A stretch of DNA of 64,000 nt, from contig NC_079238.1 of the NCBI RefSeq assembly GCF_027921745.1, positions 1,240,001 to 1,304,000 on the forward strand. The letters run 5' to 3'. This document shows, in pieces, positions 36,469 to 48,683 of this stretch; the stretch's first letter is position 1, and every line of letters starts with the position of its first letter. The position numbers and the translations under genes were made by a program. The notes under the pieces are model-generated. The model was not told the origin of the DNA. It saw only the letters and a program-made list of their open reading frames with translations, and did not search any database. The stretch is from Schizosaccharomyces osmophilus (lineage: Eukaryota).

Positions 36469-39430
36469 ATGAAAATTCATAAAATCCCATGGTTAGGACA
36501 TTTCGGTAAGATATAACAATATGAAAAAGACTTTATAAAATTGGTTTGATGGACCTTAAATTGCTAACATCTCGAAAGACGATCGCGGGCATAGATTATC
36601 CATTTTTTCTGTTCACGTACACCCAGATGGATCAAGGATTGCTACTGGTGGATTAGGTAAGCTCACATAAAACAATTGTTTGAAAGTAAAATCGCTAATG
36701 TCTGTAGATGGCACCGTTCGAATATGGTCAACCGAAGCAATTCGTTTAGCGGACGGAAATGAGGAATTAAAAGTTCATAAGCAGCTTTGCTGTATGAGCA
36801 CTCATACTGGTACTGTAACTTCAGTGCGTTTTAGTCCAAATGGGCAATATCTTGCTTCGGGAAGTGACGATCGCGTAGTAATAATCTGGCACAAGGAAGA
36901 GTATGTGATAAATTTTCAAAATTGAGTTAACAGTGTAGTGCAATTCCTGGTATTGGTCCCACTTTTGGTTCCAATGAAACTCATATCGAAAATTGGCGCA
37001 GCTATCGTCGTCTTTTAGGGCATGATAACGGTATGTATGCTTAGTTGAGTGGTTTCACTAATGGATTATTTAGATATCCAAGACATTTGCTGGAGCTACG
37101 ATAGTCAATTGTTCGTTAGTGTTGGTCTTGACAGCTCCATAATTGTTTGGAACGGAACGACATTTGAACGCCTCAAAAGAATTGAAGCACATCAAAGTCA
37201 TGTAAAGGGAATTACCTTCGATCCAGCCGGGAGGTATTTTGCTACCGAAAGCGATGACCGTACAATAAAAGTTTGGCGTGTTAGCGACTTTGCTCTCGAA
37301 AAAACTATATCCGAACCGTTCAATAACTCTCCGCTGTCTACATATTTTAGAAGACCTTCATGGTCTCCAGATGGAAAACATATTGCTGCCTCTAATGCTA
37401 TGAATGGACCTGTAGGATGTGTTTCGATCATTGAAAGAGGGACTTGGACCAGTGATATTAATTTGATAGGGCATGAAGGGCCTGTTGAGGTAACTTCTTT
37501 TAACCCGAAACTGTTTAAGGACAGTAATGACAAGCTCGTTTGCATTTTGGCTTGTGGTGGACAAGATCGTTCTTTAAGTATATGGACTAGCGCGACGTCA
37601 AGGCCAATGCTAAATTGCCAGAATGTTTGTCAAAAAAGCATCGGAGATGTCTGCTGGTCTCCTGATGGGTTGAGTCTGTATCTTTGCTCCTACGATGGTA
37701 CACTTCTCGCCTGTACATTTGAGGAACTCGAACTTGGGCAGATGGTCAGTGATGAGGAGATTGCAAGGACTTTGGCAAAATATGGTCACGGTAGACATGG
37801 TATTGTTCTACCTGAATCTTCAAAACAACTATCTTTGGAAGAATCAGTTGAAGCTGCTAAATCTCTATCCAAAATAAATAATCAAGAGCCTAATCCGCTA
37901 CCCTCAGAAATTCCGTCAACTCCTTTTAAAGAAAGTGAATATGGTAAACCTAATTCACCCTCAATCAATATTGAAGCAGTGCCTAAGGTATCGAATCAAT
38001 CTCCTAAGAAGGCACCAAGTACTGAGAAAGCTACAGTTGAGACTCCAATAAAGAATACTCAGAAGGTTACGATTACAAAAGATGGAAAGAAACGCGTTGC
38101 TCCTCAACTGTTGACAACGTTACAAGCAGTCCCTAGTACATCACGTTTGCCGTCAACTCAATTACAACAAAGCAGTGCTCCTCATTTGCCTCCTCAGCAA
38201 TTTTCTCAACCAGTGAACTCTATACCTAAAGGTGGTGTACCAATTCTAGTAGTTGGGGCTAAGCAAAAACTAACCGAAGATCCTAATACTGGTGAGCAGA
38301 TTGGGACGGAAGAAAGTAATGCACCTAACATTAATGCCTTTCAGGACTTTCTTCCGAATGCTATAGAAAGAGTCACCGTCATGCCTACAGGTGAGCTTAA
38401 AATTCCTTCCTTGAAAGCCGTTGTGGTCACATCGATAGATAATCTAAATCGGTATACTTTGGAAGTTAAAAATGGAAGCAGTGAAAAAAATCCCACTCGT
38501 GTTGTGGTTTTAGAAAATGGTAATACAAGATGGATGGATTATCTGCCACGTCCAGTTCTATTATCTACCGGTAGCATACATTTTTGGGCAGTCGCCTGTG
38601 ATGATGCGTCGTTGCATGTTTACTCCCTTACAGGATCAAGGCTACTTCCACCGGTTATGATTGATTCGAAACCGGTATTTTTAGAATGCAACAACAATTT
38701 CCTTTTTTGCATCTGTTCCAACGGAATGGCCCACGCTTGGGATATTCTTAATAAAAAATCTTTATTTAATTCTTGTTCTTTAGCTCCTATTTTAGATTCC
38801 GCTACTCGATTACAGAGTGAAGAGCCTCATATAGTGCCACATATCATTTCAGCTAACATAAGTCGCGAAGGCGTTCCAAGCATTAGCTTATCAACTGGAC
38901 AAACATTTGTGTACTCTAGCCTCATGCTTTCTTGGCAAAGAGTCAGTGATCCCTGGTGGGCGTTCGGCAGTAAGCACTGGGATTCTAATGGATTAGAGAA
39001 TAAAGACAGACCCTTACGGTTTTATGAGCAACAAACAAACGACGCACTAATGGAGATGGGAAGAGGAAAATTTCTACACAGAATGGTAGAGGATTTTACG
39101 CACGAAGAGGGCTATGAAGACTTTGAAAGAATTATGACGATAAATCATTTGGAAAACAGAATCTCATCTGCGCGTTTGTTAAGTTTAAATGACGAGTTTT
39201 TGGAGACAAGTGAAAGTTATTGTAAACTATTAATGCAAAGCGGATGCTGGAATAAGTTGGAAGAGTTTTTGGACGAAGTTTACACTGACACAAAGACTAC
39301 AAGTTTACTTTCTGGAAAGGAACTCGTTGCAAGGATCCTAGTAGCTCTTCGCCAACTCGTGCAAACCGATGCAGAATTCGAGCGCGTAAATAAAACCATA
39401 CAAAAGTACCCTACTTACTCATTACTTTAA
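36469..39430 (+). CDS. hip1: HIRA histone chaperone; exons 36469-36505, 36579-36656, 36708-36900, 36939-37030, 37074-39430
   Basis: Spliced WD40 N-terminus (SIFSVHVHPDGSRIATGGL|DGTVRIW, LLGHDN|DIQDICWS), B-domain QKVTITKDGKKRVAPQLL, C-terminal Hira domain (LTGSRLLP, TINHLENRI). Confidence 0.95.
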
Positions 39431-39572
39431 AAATTTCCGAATATTCTTTGCAAATTCATTTTTTTTTATTCCTGCTTGTTGGTGGAAACTTCACATAAAG
39501 TTATTTTTATGTTAAACATACTTCTCAATCAACATGACTTGCAAAAATTTACACAATCCTCACGATGTGCAT

Positions 39573-40399
39573 TCAATCTAAAATGGTTTTCCACTGTAAA
39601 GGATTAGTAAATGAATTAAGGATCAGTTTTGTAGGCTTACCAAATTATCACCCAAATGATGAACATTTTCAATACCAATTCCCTTATTTGTCTCAATCCT
39701 GGTTACGTTGTTAATAAAATGCCATAATACGAATGCTATCCATAATATCCATACATTTCTTTAGCAGTCATCTGTGTGAGACCAATTGCAGCTGGGGCAC
39801 CTTTTCCCTCAGCCATAATGATTACATATTTATCTTTACCGATATCTTCTGGAAGGTTACCACCCGCAGAAGTAAGGCCAGGAATCATAATGTTGGCACC
39901 AGACAAAACAAACTTGATAGCGCCGCGGTCAACGCGAACTTGAGGGAAACCATCAGGGCCTACACAGGTAATTGTTAGAATATTTTCATGCGCTTGCAAT
40001 AACAAGCAAAATAAAGAACATACACTTGTGAATCAGACGAAGAGAAGGTACCACCGGTCCATCAAAGTGTTGGAAAAGAATTACTTCTCCATTCAAAGCA
40101 TACAGGAAGATACGTTCCTCACTAGCAACGAAGTGTTAGCTGGTAACTTAAAGTGAAACTGGAGTTAAGACGAACCATTTAATTTGAGTCAGCTGAGATT
40201 TTTTGGGAATTAATTCATCAATGACATGCTCAAGTTTAGGAAAGGTCTCAACAAGTTTCGACTTTATTCCTCGTTGAATAGAGGACTTGATAGGTGTGGT
40301 TCCTTTAAAATCTTCCTTTGAATTGAATCTAGTGTCAATGTTAGAACAAAATCCAAAAATTATAGACAAAAGCGGTGAAGACACTAACCTTTTGAACAT
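39573..40399 (-). CDS. tma20: PUA-domain translation factor Tma20/MCTS1; exons 40399-40389, 40328-40176, 40121-40024, 39959-39755, 39698-39641, 39593-39573
   Basis: Six exons join to 181 aa: MFKRFNSKED..PSLRLIHKCP..VDRGAIKFVLSGANIMIPGLTS..NKGIGIENVHHLGDNLWK. Confidence 0.93.
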
Positions 40400-40634
40400 T
40401 GTGATTATTAAAATTTAATTTAAAGAGCAAATAATCTATTAATTGCTAAGAAGCCTGAAAATTATCAAGCTGTTTGCAAAGGAGAAGTCTGTCTAGGGTG
40501 TTGCTATAGAAGACGCGTCCTGCCCTTCTCGCAACACAAACGATTTAGAATAAGAAAATTACGGACCCTTTCGTATTTAAAGAGGTCATTTATATGATTT
40601 TATTAAACAATAGCTGATATAAAAAGGATTTAAG

Positions 40635-42662
40635 ATGGATCCAGCAATTCCCAGGGTAAAAAACAAGAATCCTGCTCCTATCCAAATTTCGGCGGAGCAG
40701 TTGTTACGAGAAGCCGTCGAAAGACAGGATGTTGCTTTTGTTCCCCCAAAGGTTAGTATTGCGGACTTGGAAGAGCTTCACGAATTTCAAGGCCGAAAAC
40801 GAAAGGGGTTTGAAGATGCAATTCGGCGTAACAGGCTAGCGATGGGCCATTGGATGCGTTATGGGCAATGGGAACTCGAACAAAAAGAATATGCGCGGGC
40901 GCGTTCTGTCTTTGAACGAGCTGTTGATGTTGACCCCAAGTACATCCCTCTTTGGCTTAAGTATATTGAGTGCGAAATGAAAACTCGTAATATAAACCAT
41001 GCCAGAAACTTATTTGACAGAGCCATTACATTTCTTCCCCGAGTTGACAAGTTATGGTACAAGTATGTGTATATGGAGGAAATGCTTGAGAACATCACTG
41101 GTTGTCGCCAAATATTTGAGCGTTGGCTAAAGTGGCAACCGGACGAGGTTGCTTGGATGAGTTATATTCGATTGGAGCGAAGATATCATGAGAATGAACG
41201 CGCCCGTGGTATTTTTGAACGTTTTGTTATTGTCCACCCCGACGTAGTCAACTGGTTACGCTGGGCTCGGTTCGAAGAAGAATGTGGTAATGCTGCGAAT
41301 GTCCGGGCTGTTTATATGGCGGCCATGGATGCTTTAGGACACGAGTTTTTAACGGAGAAGTTTTTCATTGCGTTTGCCAAATTTGAAATCCGGCAGAAAG
41401 AGTATGAGAGGGCTCGTACTATCTTTAAGTATGCCATTGATTTCATGCCAAGGTCAAAATCCGCAGAGTTATATAAGGAATACACTCATTTTGAAAAACA
41501 ATATGGAGAACAGTCAGGAATTGAATCTATAGTTTTCGATAAACGACGACTTGCTTACGAAACCGAGCTTAAAGAGAATCCCTATGACTATGATGTTTGG
41601 CTTGATTTAATTAGACTAGAAGAGAAGACGGGAAATTTTGAAAGGATACGCGAAATGTATGAACAGGCGATCGCAAAAGTCCCTGAAAGTAAAGAAAAAA
41701 GGGGATGGTCTAGATACATATACATATGGCTTAACTATGTTTTGTTTGAAGAAATAGATGCTAATGAAGTGGAGAGGGCTCGAAATGTATACCTGCAGTG
41801 TTTAAAACTAATCCCTCATAAAAATTTTACGTTTGCAAAACTTTGGATTATGTATGCGATGTTTGAATTACGACAACAAAACATTGATGCGGCTAGAAAG
41901 ACGTTAGGACGAGCGCTCGGTATGTGCCCAAAGCCCAAGCTTTTTAGGAGTTACATTGAATATGAGGACAGTATTAAGCAATTTGATCGGTGTCGTATTA
42001 TTTACGAAAAATGGATTCTGTATGATCCAGAGGCCTGTGCGCCTTGGCTTGGCTATGCTAATTTAGAAAATAAACTTGGCGATACTGATCGTGCTCGTGC
42101 TTTGTTTGAATTAGCTGTAGCTCAACCTGTTTTGGAGACACCCGAGTTGGTTTGGAAGGCGTACATCGATTTTGAATTTGAAGAAATGGAATATGAAAAA
42201 GCAAGGTCTCTATACGAGCGCTTGTTAGAAAATGCTCCTCACGTGAAGGTTTGGATTAGTTTTGCCAACTTTGAAATCGCACATTTGGAGGATGATGACG
42301 AAGATCCGCCGAATGATGATACGGCTTCACCTACCGCGGTTGTTCGTGCCCGTAAGGTGTTTGAAGCTGCAATGACAAGTCTTCGTCAACAAGGGTTGAA
42401 AGAAGAACGCATCGTTTTATTGGAGGCTTGGAAGCAATTTGAAAGCCTGCATGGAACCGAAGAAACCCGCAAAGATGTCGAGAGACAAACCCCACAGATG
42501 GTTACGAAGCGTCGCAGATTGGAAAATGGACTCTTTGAAGAATACTTGGATTACTTGTTCCCAGATACATCTGTGGACCAAGGCGACAAGATGCGCATGT
42601 TGTTGGAAAAGTCAAGACAATGGAAGGAAGAAATGGCGAAAAAACAAGAAACTGTCAACTAA
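40635..42662 (+). CDS. cwf4: Prp19 complex HAT-repeat protein (crooked neck/Clf1/Syf3)
   Basis: 675 aa with [20 protein letters not shown], many HAT repeats and C-terminal [10 protein letters not shown]. Confidence 0.96.
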   Translation: MDPAIPRVKNKNPAPIQISAEQLLREAVERQDVAFVPPKVSIADLEELHEFQGRKRKGFEDAIRRNRLAMGHWMRYGQWELEQKEYARARSVFERAVDVDPKYIPLWLKYIECEMKTRNINHARNLFDRAITFLPRVDKLWYKYVYMEEMLENITGCRQIFERWLKWQPDEVAWMSYIRLERRYHENERARGIFERFVIVHPDVVNWLRWARFEEECGNAANVRAVYMAAMDALGHEFLTEKFFIAFAKFEIRQKEYERARTIFKYAIDFMPRSKSAELYKEYTHFEKQYGEQSGIESIVFDKRRLAYETELKENPYDYDVWLDLIRLEEKTGNFERIREMYEQAIAKVPESKEKRGWSRYIYIWLNYVLFEEIDANEVERARNVYLQCLKLIPHKNFTFAKLWIMYAMFELRQQNIDAARKTLGRALGMCPKPKLFRSYIEYEDSIKQFDRCRIIYEKWILYDPEACAPWLGYANLENKLGDTDRARALFELAVAQPVLETPELVWKAYIDFEFEEMEYEKARSLYERLLENAPHVKVWISFANFEIAHLEDDDEDPPNDDTASPTAVVRARKVFEAAMTSLRQQGLKEERIVLLEAWKQFESLHGTEETRKDVERQTPQMVTKRRRLENGLFEEYLDYLFPDTSVDQGDKMRMLLEKSRQWKEEMAKKQETVN

Positions 42663-44270
42663 AAAAACAATGTGCATTCTTTTGTTGAATAGTCCTGTGT
42701 ATAAGTACGGATGTTGAGATGAGGTTTAATAAAAATGACTTTCCAGCCCATAAATGAAATCCTATGTTTATTATTTAATGCTTACGCCTGAAGGAAACCA
42801 AAAAAAGTGAGAAACCAAGTTGTCAATTGTCGCCTTTCATTCACTCATTTCCATACAGTGTTTATTACAGAGCACAAGGGTCCAGCTCGAAACAACGTTT
42901 ATTTTCTCTCCTTTGTTGCCGATTTCCTTGTCGTGGTTTCTGAATGACTCATTTGTTTTCGTATGCATCCCAAAGTTGAAGTTCACGATCGGTGTTAAGC
43001 AGAAACGGTTCGTTCTTTTGCAAGATAGTGAATTGAAAAGATAAGGAAAATACATAGACCGAGTTAATGTACGATTTCGTTTCAACACATGCATATTTAT
43101 GCGCCTAACTTCATACATGTAAATAATATTGTTGTAGTTTCCAATAGTATAATGATCAACACTCATAAGCGAATCTGTAGATCCTTTGAAAATTTGCCGT
43201 AGCTCCCCACGCCATCCCACTTTAGGGTACTACCCTTCCTCCCCAGGTAGCGAATATCTTCTGAGGCAGCTGCATTGTTAGCAGGGGAAACGTAACTTGC
43301 CCTTTGTCTATATTGCCGCCAAAGAAGGTCCCAAACAAGAAGTAAAAAAAAAACGCATTGAAACCATTTTCAACCTTTGTTTCCACTAAAGTCTTATAGA
43401 ATCATAATTTCATTAGAACAAAAAAAAGAATTGGAACCTTGAAAGACGCAGAACCTTCTGTGTATTTATATGCAAAGTACGTGAAGCGTGCTGCCTATGC
43501 TTTCTCAGAAGATTGTTTAATCACATTTCCAATTTCTTTGCAAAGCAGAGATTTTGAATCCTCTAGGATCAGGTTATCTTGCTTATTTATTCATCCGGAA
43601 ACCAAAGACTTATAAGAGGACTTTGGTTGGCATCAAGGATTTATAAACTATAGTGACTTGAGTTTCGCAGGTTTCCCTATTTTCTTTCAGTCTTGTCTTT
43701 CGATTATTCAAAGAGGTGGCTGTTTTTTACATTGACTATCGAAACATTTATTTTTTCTTTGACGCTCGTGATTTTTTTTAATCTCCAACCTTAAAACTTC
43801 TCTGGTGAAGGTAAACTTGATTTTATTAACCTTGCGTTTTTTTTCATACACCTGCTTATACGATCGACCCAAAAACTTGGCAAACGACTGCTCTTTCTGG
43901 AGGAACACACACGCCTCTTGAACTTCTTTGACTCCAATATATTTAAAAAAAGAACATTTAAAACCTTTGAGTCATATTGAATAGCACTTCCCTTAGTTCC
44001 TTTGATACTTCCCCTATCCTTCATAAAAGCCCCTATACTTAAACAACCTTGCTTTTTGGAGTTTTGCAGGTTTTTGTTTAAATTTTCCCTTTCCTGTGTG
44101 TCTGTAACCATTACATTCGTTTTCATCTTGTTTGTGGCTTCTTCTTTTACTTCGTCTCGTTACCCCATTGTTTATTTTCCGCTAATTTCTTTCTTATTTT
44201 TTCGCATCTATTTATTTTTTGATTTATTAAACTGCTTATCGTTACTTTCCTTTGACTAATAATCTACAAA

Positions 44271-45995
44271 ATGAGAGAATCCAATGTCAGCGTTGTTTGG
44301 AACAATAGAGCCTCCGTTACGATCAACACGGTTTTGTATGACCGGCGGGCTCTTGACTGTGATTCAGAAATGGCGCTTATGAATTCCTTGAGTCATCTTG
44401 CGTACTTAACGTCCACTTCACCCAAAATCAGAGAAATATTAACCATAGACGGTGGCTTAGTTCGTTTGATGAATATTTTGCGAGCTGGAAGAGGACAAAC
44501 GTTTGCTCGTATGACTATTTGGCAGCTAGCCTTGCAATGTGTCGTCAATGTCGGTATCCGAGGTTCTGAAGCTATTAGGATCCGTGTTGTTGAAGCAGGA
44601 ATCGTTCCGATCGTTGTGACACTCTTGGATGATTTTTTGTTTGCCCTTGAATCTGTGGTTCCTTCTACGAATCGACCACCAGTTGCTTTCACATCTGTTT
44701 CCACGCCTCCACCAAACAACTCTTTAGCTCCGTTAGACTCAAACTCCATGGATGCGATTACTGAAAATAACTCTCCTTTAAATTCATTATTTGTAGGCAG
44801 TGAGTCCTCTTCTCCTCACCTGAATAACACCTCTGGACGGAGGAACATTGCTATTGAGGTTAGAGACAACGATTTTCAAAATCGAACTCGCTCGACAAAC
44901 CGCGAAGATACTGGACGAGAATTTACAGAGACCGGTTCTTCCCAGGGTCATTCTGCTGTCTTTCCCCAAGACGCATATGGTGATTCTCAAGTCCAATCTC
45001 CATTTACCCTTCCAAGATTGCCATCTTCAACCTCAACTACGTCCTTGTCTAACGAAAATATCAATCCCGCCTCATCCCCTTCTTCCCCAAATTTGCCCCA
45101 AAACCCAGCTGTTTCTGGAGGCAGCTCAAATCCCGAAACTGCTTCTTCTGGTCCCTCTGATTCTTCAAATCTCTTCACACCTTTACCTGTAAACCCTTTA
45201 AATTCAGTCCAAGAATCGTCTCGTGTATCAGATCAATTATCTATGTCCATAGCTCAGCAACAGGCAATCATTCGCCGACGCCGTGCTCAGAGAGCAATAT
45301 CTATTCCAACTCCCTTAGTATTGTTCGAAGCACGACGATTAGAAAATACTGCGGACTTTCAAGGAATTGCTTCTTTTTTCGATAATTTCGACAAAAAAAT
45401 TAATAAGCTCCCTAGGGAGGAGGATATACTTTACGGGTTGCAAATCTTGGCATATACAAGTAAAAATTACTTCCACTTACGCTCCCATTTTGAAGCATCC
45501 AAAGACGTGCCTGGCTTACGCATGTCACCCTTGCGCAGTGGGAACAGAGTATGGAATACATTTCAGCTTGTTGAGCAGTTTACCTTAAAACTGTATCCTC
45601 CCCAAATTCAGTACTGGGCTAGAGCTATAATGAACAATTACTGTCGAAAGGATGAAAGCCGTGGTGGAATTCGTCGTTGCGCAAGTTTACAATGCAATAA
45701 ATGGGAAGAACATAGTCGACAATTTGCCAAATGCAGGCGTTGTCGTCGTACAAAATATTGCAGCAAGGAGTGTCAGCAACAAGCATGGCCAGGACATAGT
45801 CGGTGGTGCCGTGTGATCCACAAAGATGTTCGATCTTCTAGACGAGACATTGGAAAGCAAGCTTCTCAAACGTCGGGAGCGGAAGTTGAATCAGAACCTC
45901 TTACAACGAACTCTGGTGTCGTGATACCTAGTAATACTCCAGAAGCGACTGACGCCAACTCGTCAACCGCAACTATACAAAACTCTAATACATAA
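44271..45995 (+). CDS. mub1: MYND zinc-finger protein Mub1/SamB (Ubr2 adaptor)
   Basis: MRESN..TVLYDRRALDC..LTSTSPKIRE N-terminus and a C-terminal MYND finger (CASLQC..CRRCRRTKYCSKECQ..W..H..WC). Confidence 0.92.
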   Translation: MRESNVSVVWNNRASVTINTVLYDRRALDCDSEMALMNSLSHLAYLTSTSPKIREILTIDGGLVRLMNILRAGRGQTFARMTIWQLALQCVVNVGIRGSEAIRIRVVEAGIVPIVVTLLDDFLFALESVVPSTNRPPVAFTSVSTPPPNNSLAPLDSNSMDAITENNSPLNSLFVGSESSSPHLNNTSGRRNIAIEVRDNDFQNRTRSTNREDTGREFTETGSSQGHSAVFPQDAYGDSQVQSPFTLPRLPSSTSTTSLSNENINPASSPSSPNLPQNPAVSGGSSNPETASSGPSDSSNLFTPLPVNPLNSVQESSRVSDQLSMSIAQQQAIIRRRRAQRAISIPTPLVLFEARRLENTADFQGIASFFDNFDKKINKLPREEDILYGLQILAYTSKNYFHLRSHFEASKDVPGLRMSPLRSGNRVWNTFQLVEQFTLKLYPPQIQYWARAIMNNYCRKDESRGGIRRCASLQCNKWEEHSRQFAKCRRCRRTKYCSKECQQQAWPGHSRWCRVIHKDVRSSRRDIGKQASQTSGAEVESEPLTTNSGVVIPSNTPEATDANSSTATIQNSNT

Positions 45996-46603
45996 AAACG
46001 TTCGTTATGGTTCTTAGAAATTACTCCGTTCCACAATCCATGCATATTGAGAAGTCTATACTGTTGTCTGCGGCAAGAGTACAGCTTTGCTCACTTGGAC
46101 CATTCAAGGTACCTTTCCTGGATTAAAGTATCTTCTGCTAATGATTTATTCTATCTCAGTTTTTGGGGTTTCACAAATTACTACTTTTCCTTAGTTCACA
46201 TTAATGTCTAGTATGACTTTATTAAACGTAATTTCTTATACCTATGTTGTTAGTATTCAGTCCATGTTCATGTAAGCTTTAGAATCAATTTATCACGTAA
46301 AATTTAATAAAGTAATGATCAAAAAATAAACAACCCTGACATTCCTTTGTTTTTCTGCATTCACTTTTTGATATTGCTTTTACTCAACAGACCCACACAC
46401 TTCCCACTACAACCAGAAAAAAGGCCATAGGCGTAGAAGCAATCTTTACAACACTGACGGAAAAGTTGGCATCACTACGTTACGATTCTATCGGTAGATT
46501 AAAACTCATAAATCCTATTATACTGTTTCCTAACTGCATCTCTTACTAAAAGAACTTTGAGCTAGTTTGCCTTGCGACAAATAATAAATTGCTGCAGCAA
46601 ACA

Positions 46604-47014
46604 ATGGCCTCGAACGAATTAGCGAACAAATTGGAAGACACAACTCAATCATTGTATGATTTGGCTTTGGTAATTTACAATTTGGAAGATACGACTCCTC
46701 CAGATACTATTCCAGAAAATATTAGCACATTGGTGAGTCATCTTAGGGCACTTCCTAAGATTGCTAATAAGGCAAACGAACCGATTTCTCAGGATGTGCT
46801 AGATTATGTTGAACAAGGTAGAAATCCTGACGTATACGCTCGACAATTCAGTGAGCTAGTTCAAAAAGACAATCAATATGTGCATGGAAAATTTTTAGCT
46901 ATGGAAGAGTTTCAACAAACTCTGGCTGAAGAAATTGCTTCTGCTTATCCCAACCTACGAAAGGATGTGGATGAAATTCTCGCACAAGGTTCTAAACAAG
47001 GCGACGCTTCTTAA
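46604..47014 (+). CDS. med10: Mediator subunit Med10 (Nut2)
   Basis: Motif DVLDYVEQGRNPDVYARQFSE; first ATG at 46604. Confidence 0.92.
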   Translation: MASNELANKLEDTTQSLYDLALVIYNLEDTTPPDTIPENISTLVSHLRALPKIANKANEPISQDVLDYVEQGRNPDVYARQFSELVQKDNQYVHGKFLAMEEFQQTLAEEIASAYPNLRKDVDEILAQGSKQGDAS

Positions 47015-47287
47015 TAAACGGTGGAGAATCACACTTTGTAGGAAGCAAACTCAGCACTCCTTTTTTATGCTTAATTTTGATCCGTTATGTATTGAGTACT
47101 TCTTCCAAAAGCTGAATGCACAGTGACCGTTCTTCCGCTGTTTTTGGGATGTAATGTGGATCCATCAGGGTTTTTAATAGAGGAAAGTTGGAGAAGTTGT
47201 TGCTTTGAAAAGTCTTCTTTTTGGCTACAGCCGAGTAATCTTGCTTTTTGTGTTGGGATCGGGAGCCGAACACATACAAGTAGTCTC

Positions 47288-47998
47288 TCACTTCATCATC
47301 ATCCTAACAGTCAAATTAGTATTTCTTTGTTGATTTGGAGCGCTTACATAGATAATTACGACCTTCTCTTTGGGGGACGTTGAGTTTGATTTGTTTGTTT
47401 TTGTATATGTGGGACAGGGAATTTTTCCGCATGGGTCCTGTTTTGCGCTTTTCAAATGATTCCCATAATTCTTGTATTCTTTTTCGTACTTTTGGCTGGT
47501 AGAACTGTCTGTTGATGAAAATGGTGTAAGTTGAAAATGCAGGCTATTCCCAAAAGTTTCATGTTCATTATACGAATTTAATGATTGACTTCCTGGAAGG
47601 CTGGTGGTAGGCGTTTGCATCTTTGACCTATCGGTGTCTCTGATGATTATATCTTCTATATACATTGGTGCCGATGGGTAAACAGTATTAGCATCGATGG
47701 GAGTATGAGTGTTTTTTCTCTTTAAAAAGTTTTGTAGCTTTTCAGGTGTTTCATAGTTCTGTTTAATATGTTTTTTTGGCTGTATAGGACATAGTCTCTT
47801 CGGTTCTTTTTCTGAGCGCTTCCTTTTCGTGTTGGGGTATTTTTCTGTTTTAGACGTTCTATTATCGGATAATATATCGAAGGCTGTGAGTCCTTGACCT
47901 TGTCCCTTGTTTGCTTGATCAAATGATTTTGCAAGTGCAGACTCATCTTGCAACTCAGAGGAGAATAGTCTATGATTGAAGGCCGCTAAACAATTCAT
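47288..47998 (-). CDS. mde2: Meiotic DSB-formation protein Mde2 (fast-evolving)
   Basis: 236-aa hydrophilic ORF in the expected position. Blocks SELQDESAL, LTAFDIL and PGSQSLNS..EHE.FG resemble Mde2 as I recall it. FLEX site upstream. Confidence 0.75.
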   Translation of the reverse strand: MNCLAAFNHRLFSSELQDESALAKSFDQANKGQGQGLTAFDILSDNRTSKTEKYPNTKRKRSEKEPKRLCPIQPKKHIKQNYETPEKLQNFLKRKNTHTPIDANTVYPSAPMYIEDIIIRDTDRSKMQTPTTSLPGSQSLNSYNEHETFGNSLHFQLTPFSSTDSSTSQKYEKEYKNYGNHLKSAKQDPCGKIPCPTYTKTNKSNSTSPKEKVVIIYVSAPNQQRNTNLTVRMMMK

Positions 47999-48082
47999 TT
48001 TGTTGTTTAGTTTATTATTTTTTTAGCGTATGCTTGGAAATAGCTAACGTCGATATGTTTGGATGTGGTGAAGATGGGAAGG

Positions 48083-48091
48083 TTTGTTTAC
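48083..48091 (-). promoter_or_regulatory. FLEX (Mei4 forkhead) site GTAAACAAA
   Basis: Plus strand TTTGTTTAC, 85 bp upstream of the mde2 ATG. mde genes are defined as Mei4-dependent. Confidence 0.7.
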
Positions 48092-48683
48092 ATATTTCCA
48101 ATAGCATGAAACATCTATGTTAGATAGACCAGGAAGAAATACGGGAAATGAATATTTGCGAATGAAATAAATGATTTATTGTTTTTGATTTATTAAAAAA
48201 TAAATGGCTATATGCGTTGAATTGATGGAATTAGGGTCATGTGCATCTTCCCAGAACTCTTTCTCAATGAGAGGAGATATAAATCATAAAACGAGAAAGG
48301 ACTAGAGCAAAAACGAATAGAGAAAAGTGAACGGTCTTTGGCTATACAAACTACAATAAATAGTCAATTAAAACTTATGTTTTGCAGGCAAATACGACGA
48401 AGTAAGATTGTAAGAGAACGATAAATTTATTCATTAGATCAAGTATACTTTGGAACAAGCGTTGTATTCTATTCATAAACAAAACATAACAGCAACATAT
48501 AATAGTCAAAACGTAAGACAGACTCACTACATTCATAATTGTATAGTTGCTGAGTGAATAATAGAGCGTTATATGTAGATGATGGATTAGGCGTAATCAT
48601 AAATTATTAGAAGGAGAACTCTCAGATGGAAAAAAGAAAGAGATGGAGACTCAAACACGTAAATTAAAGATACATATACCTCA

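Noticed and set aside
42820..44259. ORFs 42837-43220, 43791-44126 and 44002-44259 upstream of mub1
   Set aside because: Biased F/L/K composition from T- or A-rich sequence and no recognisable homology.
46589..46603. TTG-started 5-aa extension of med10 in a good AAA context
   Set aside because: Too short to assess or to carry an obvious signal.
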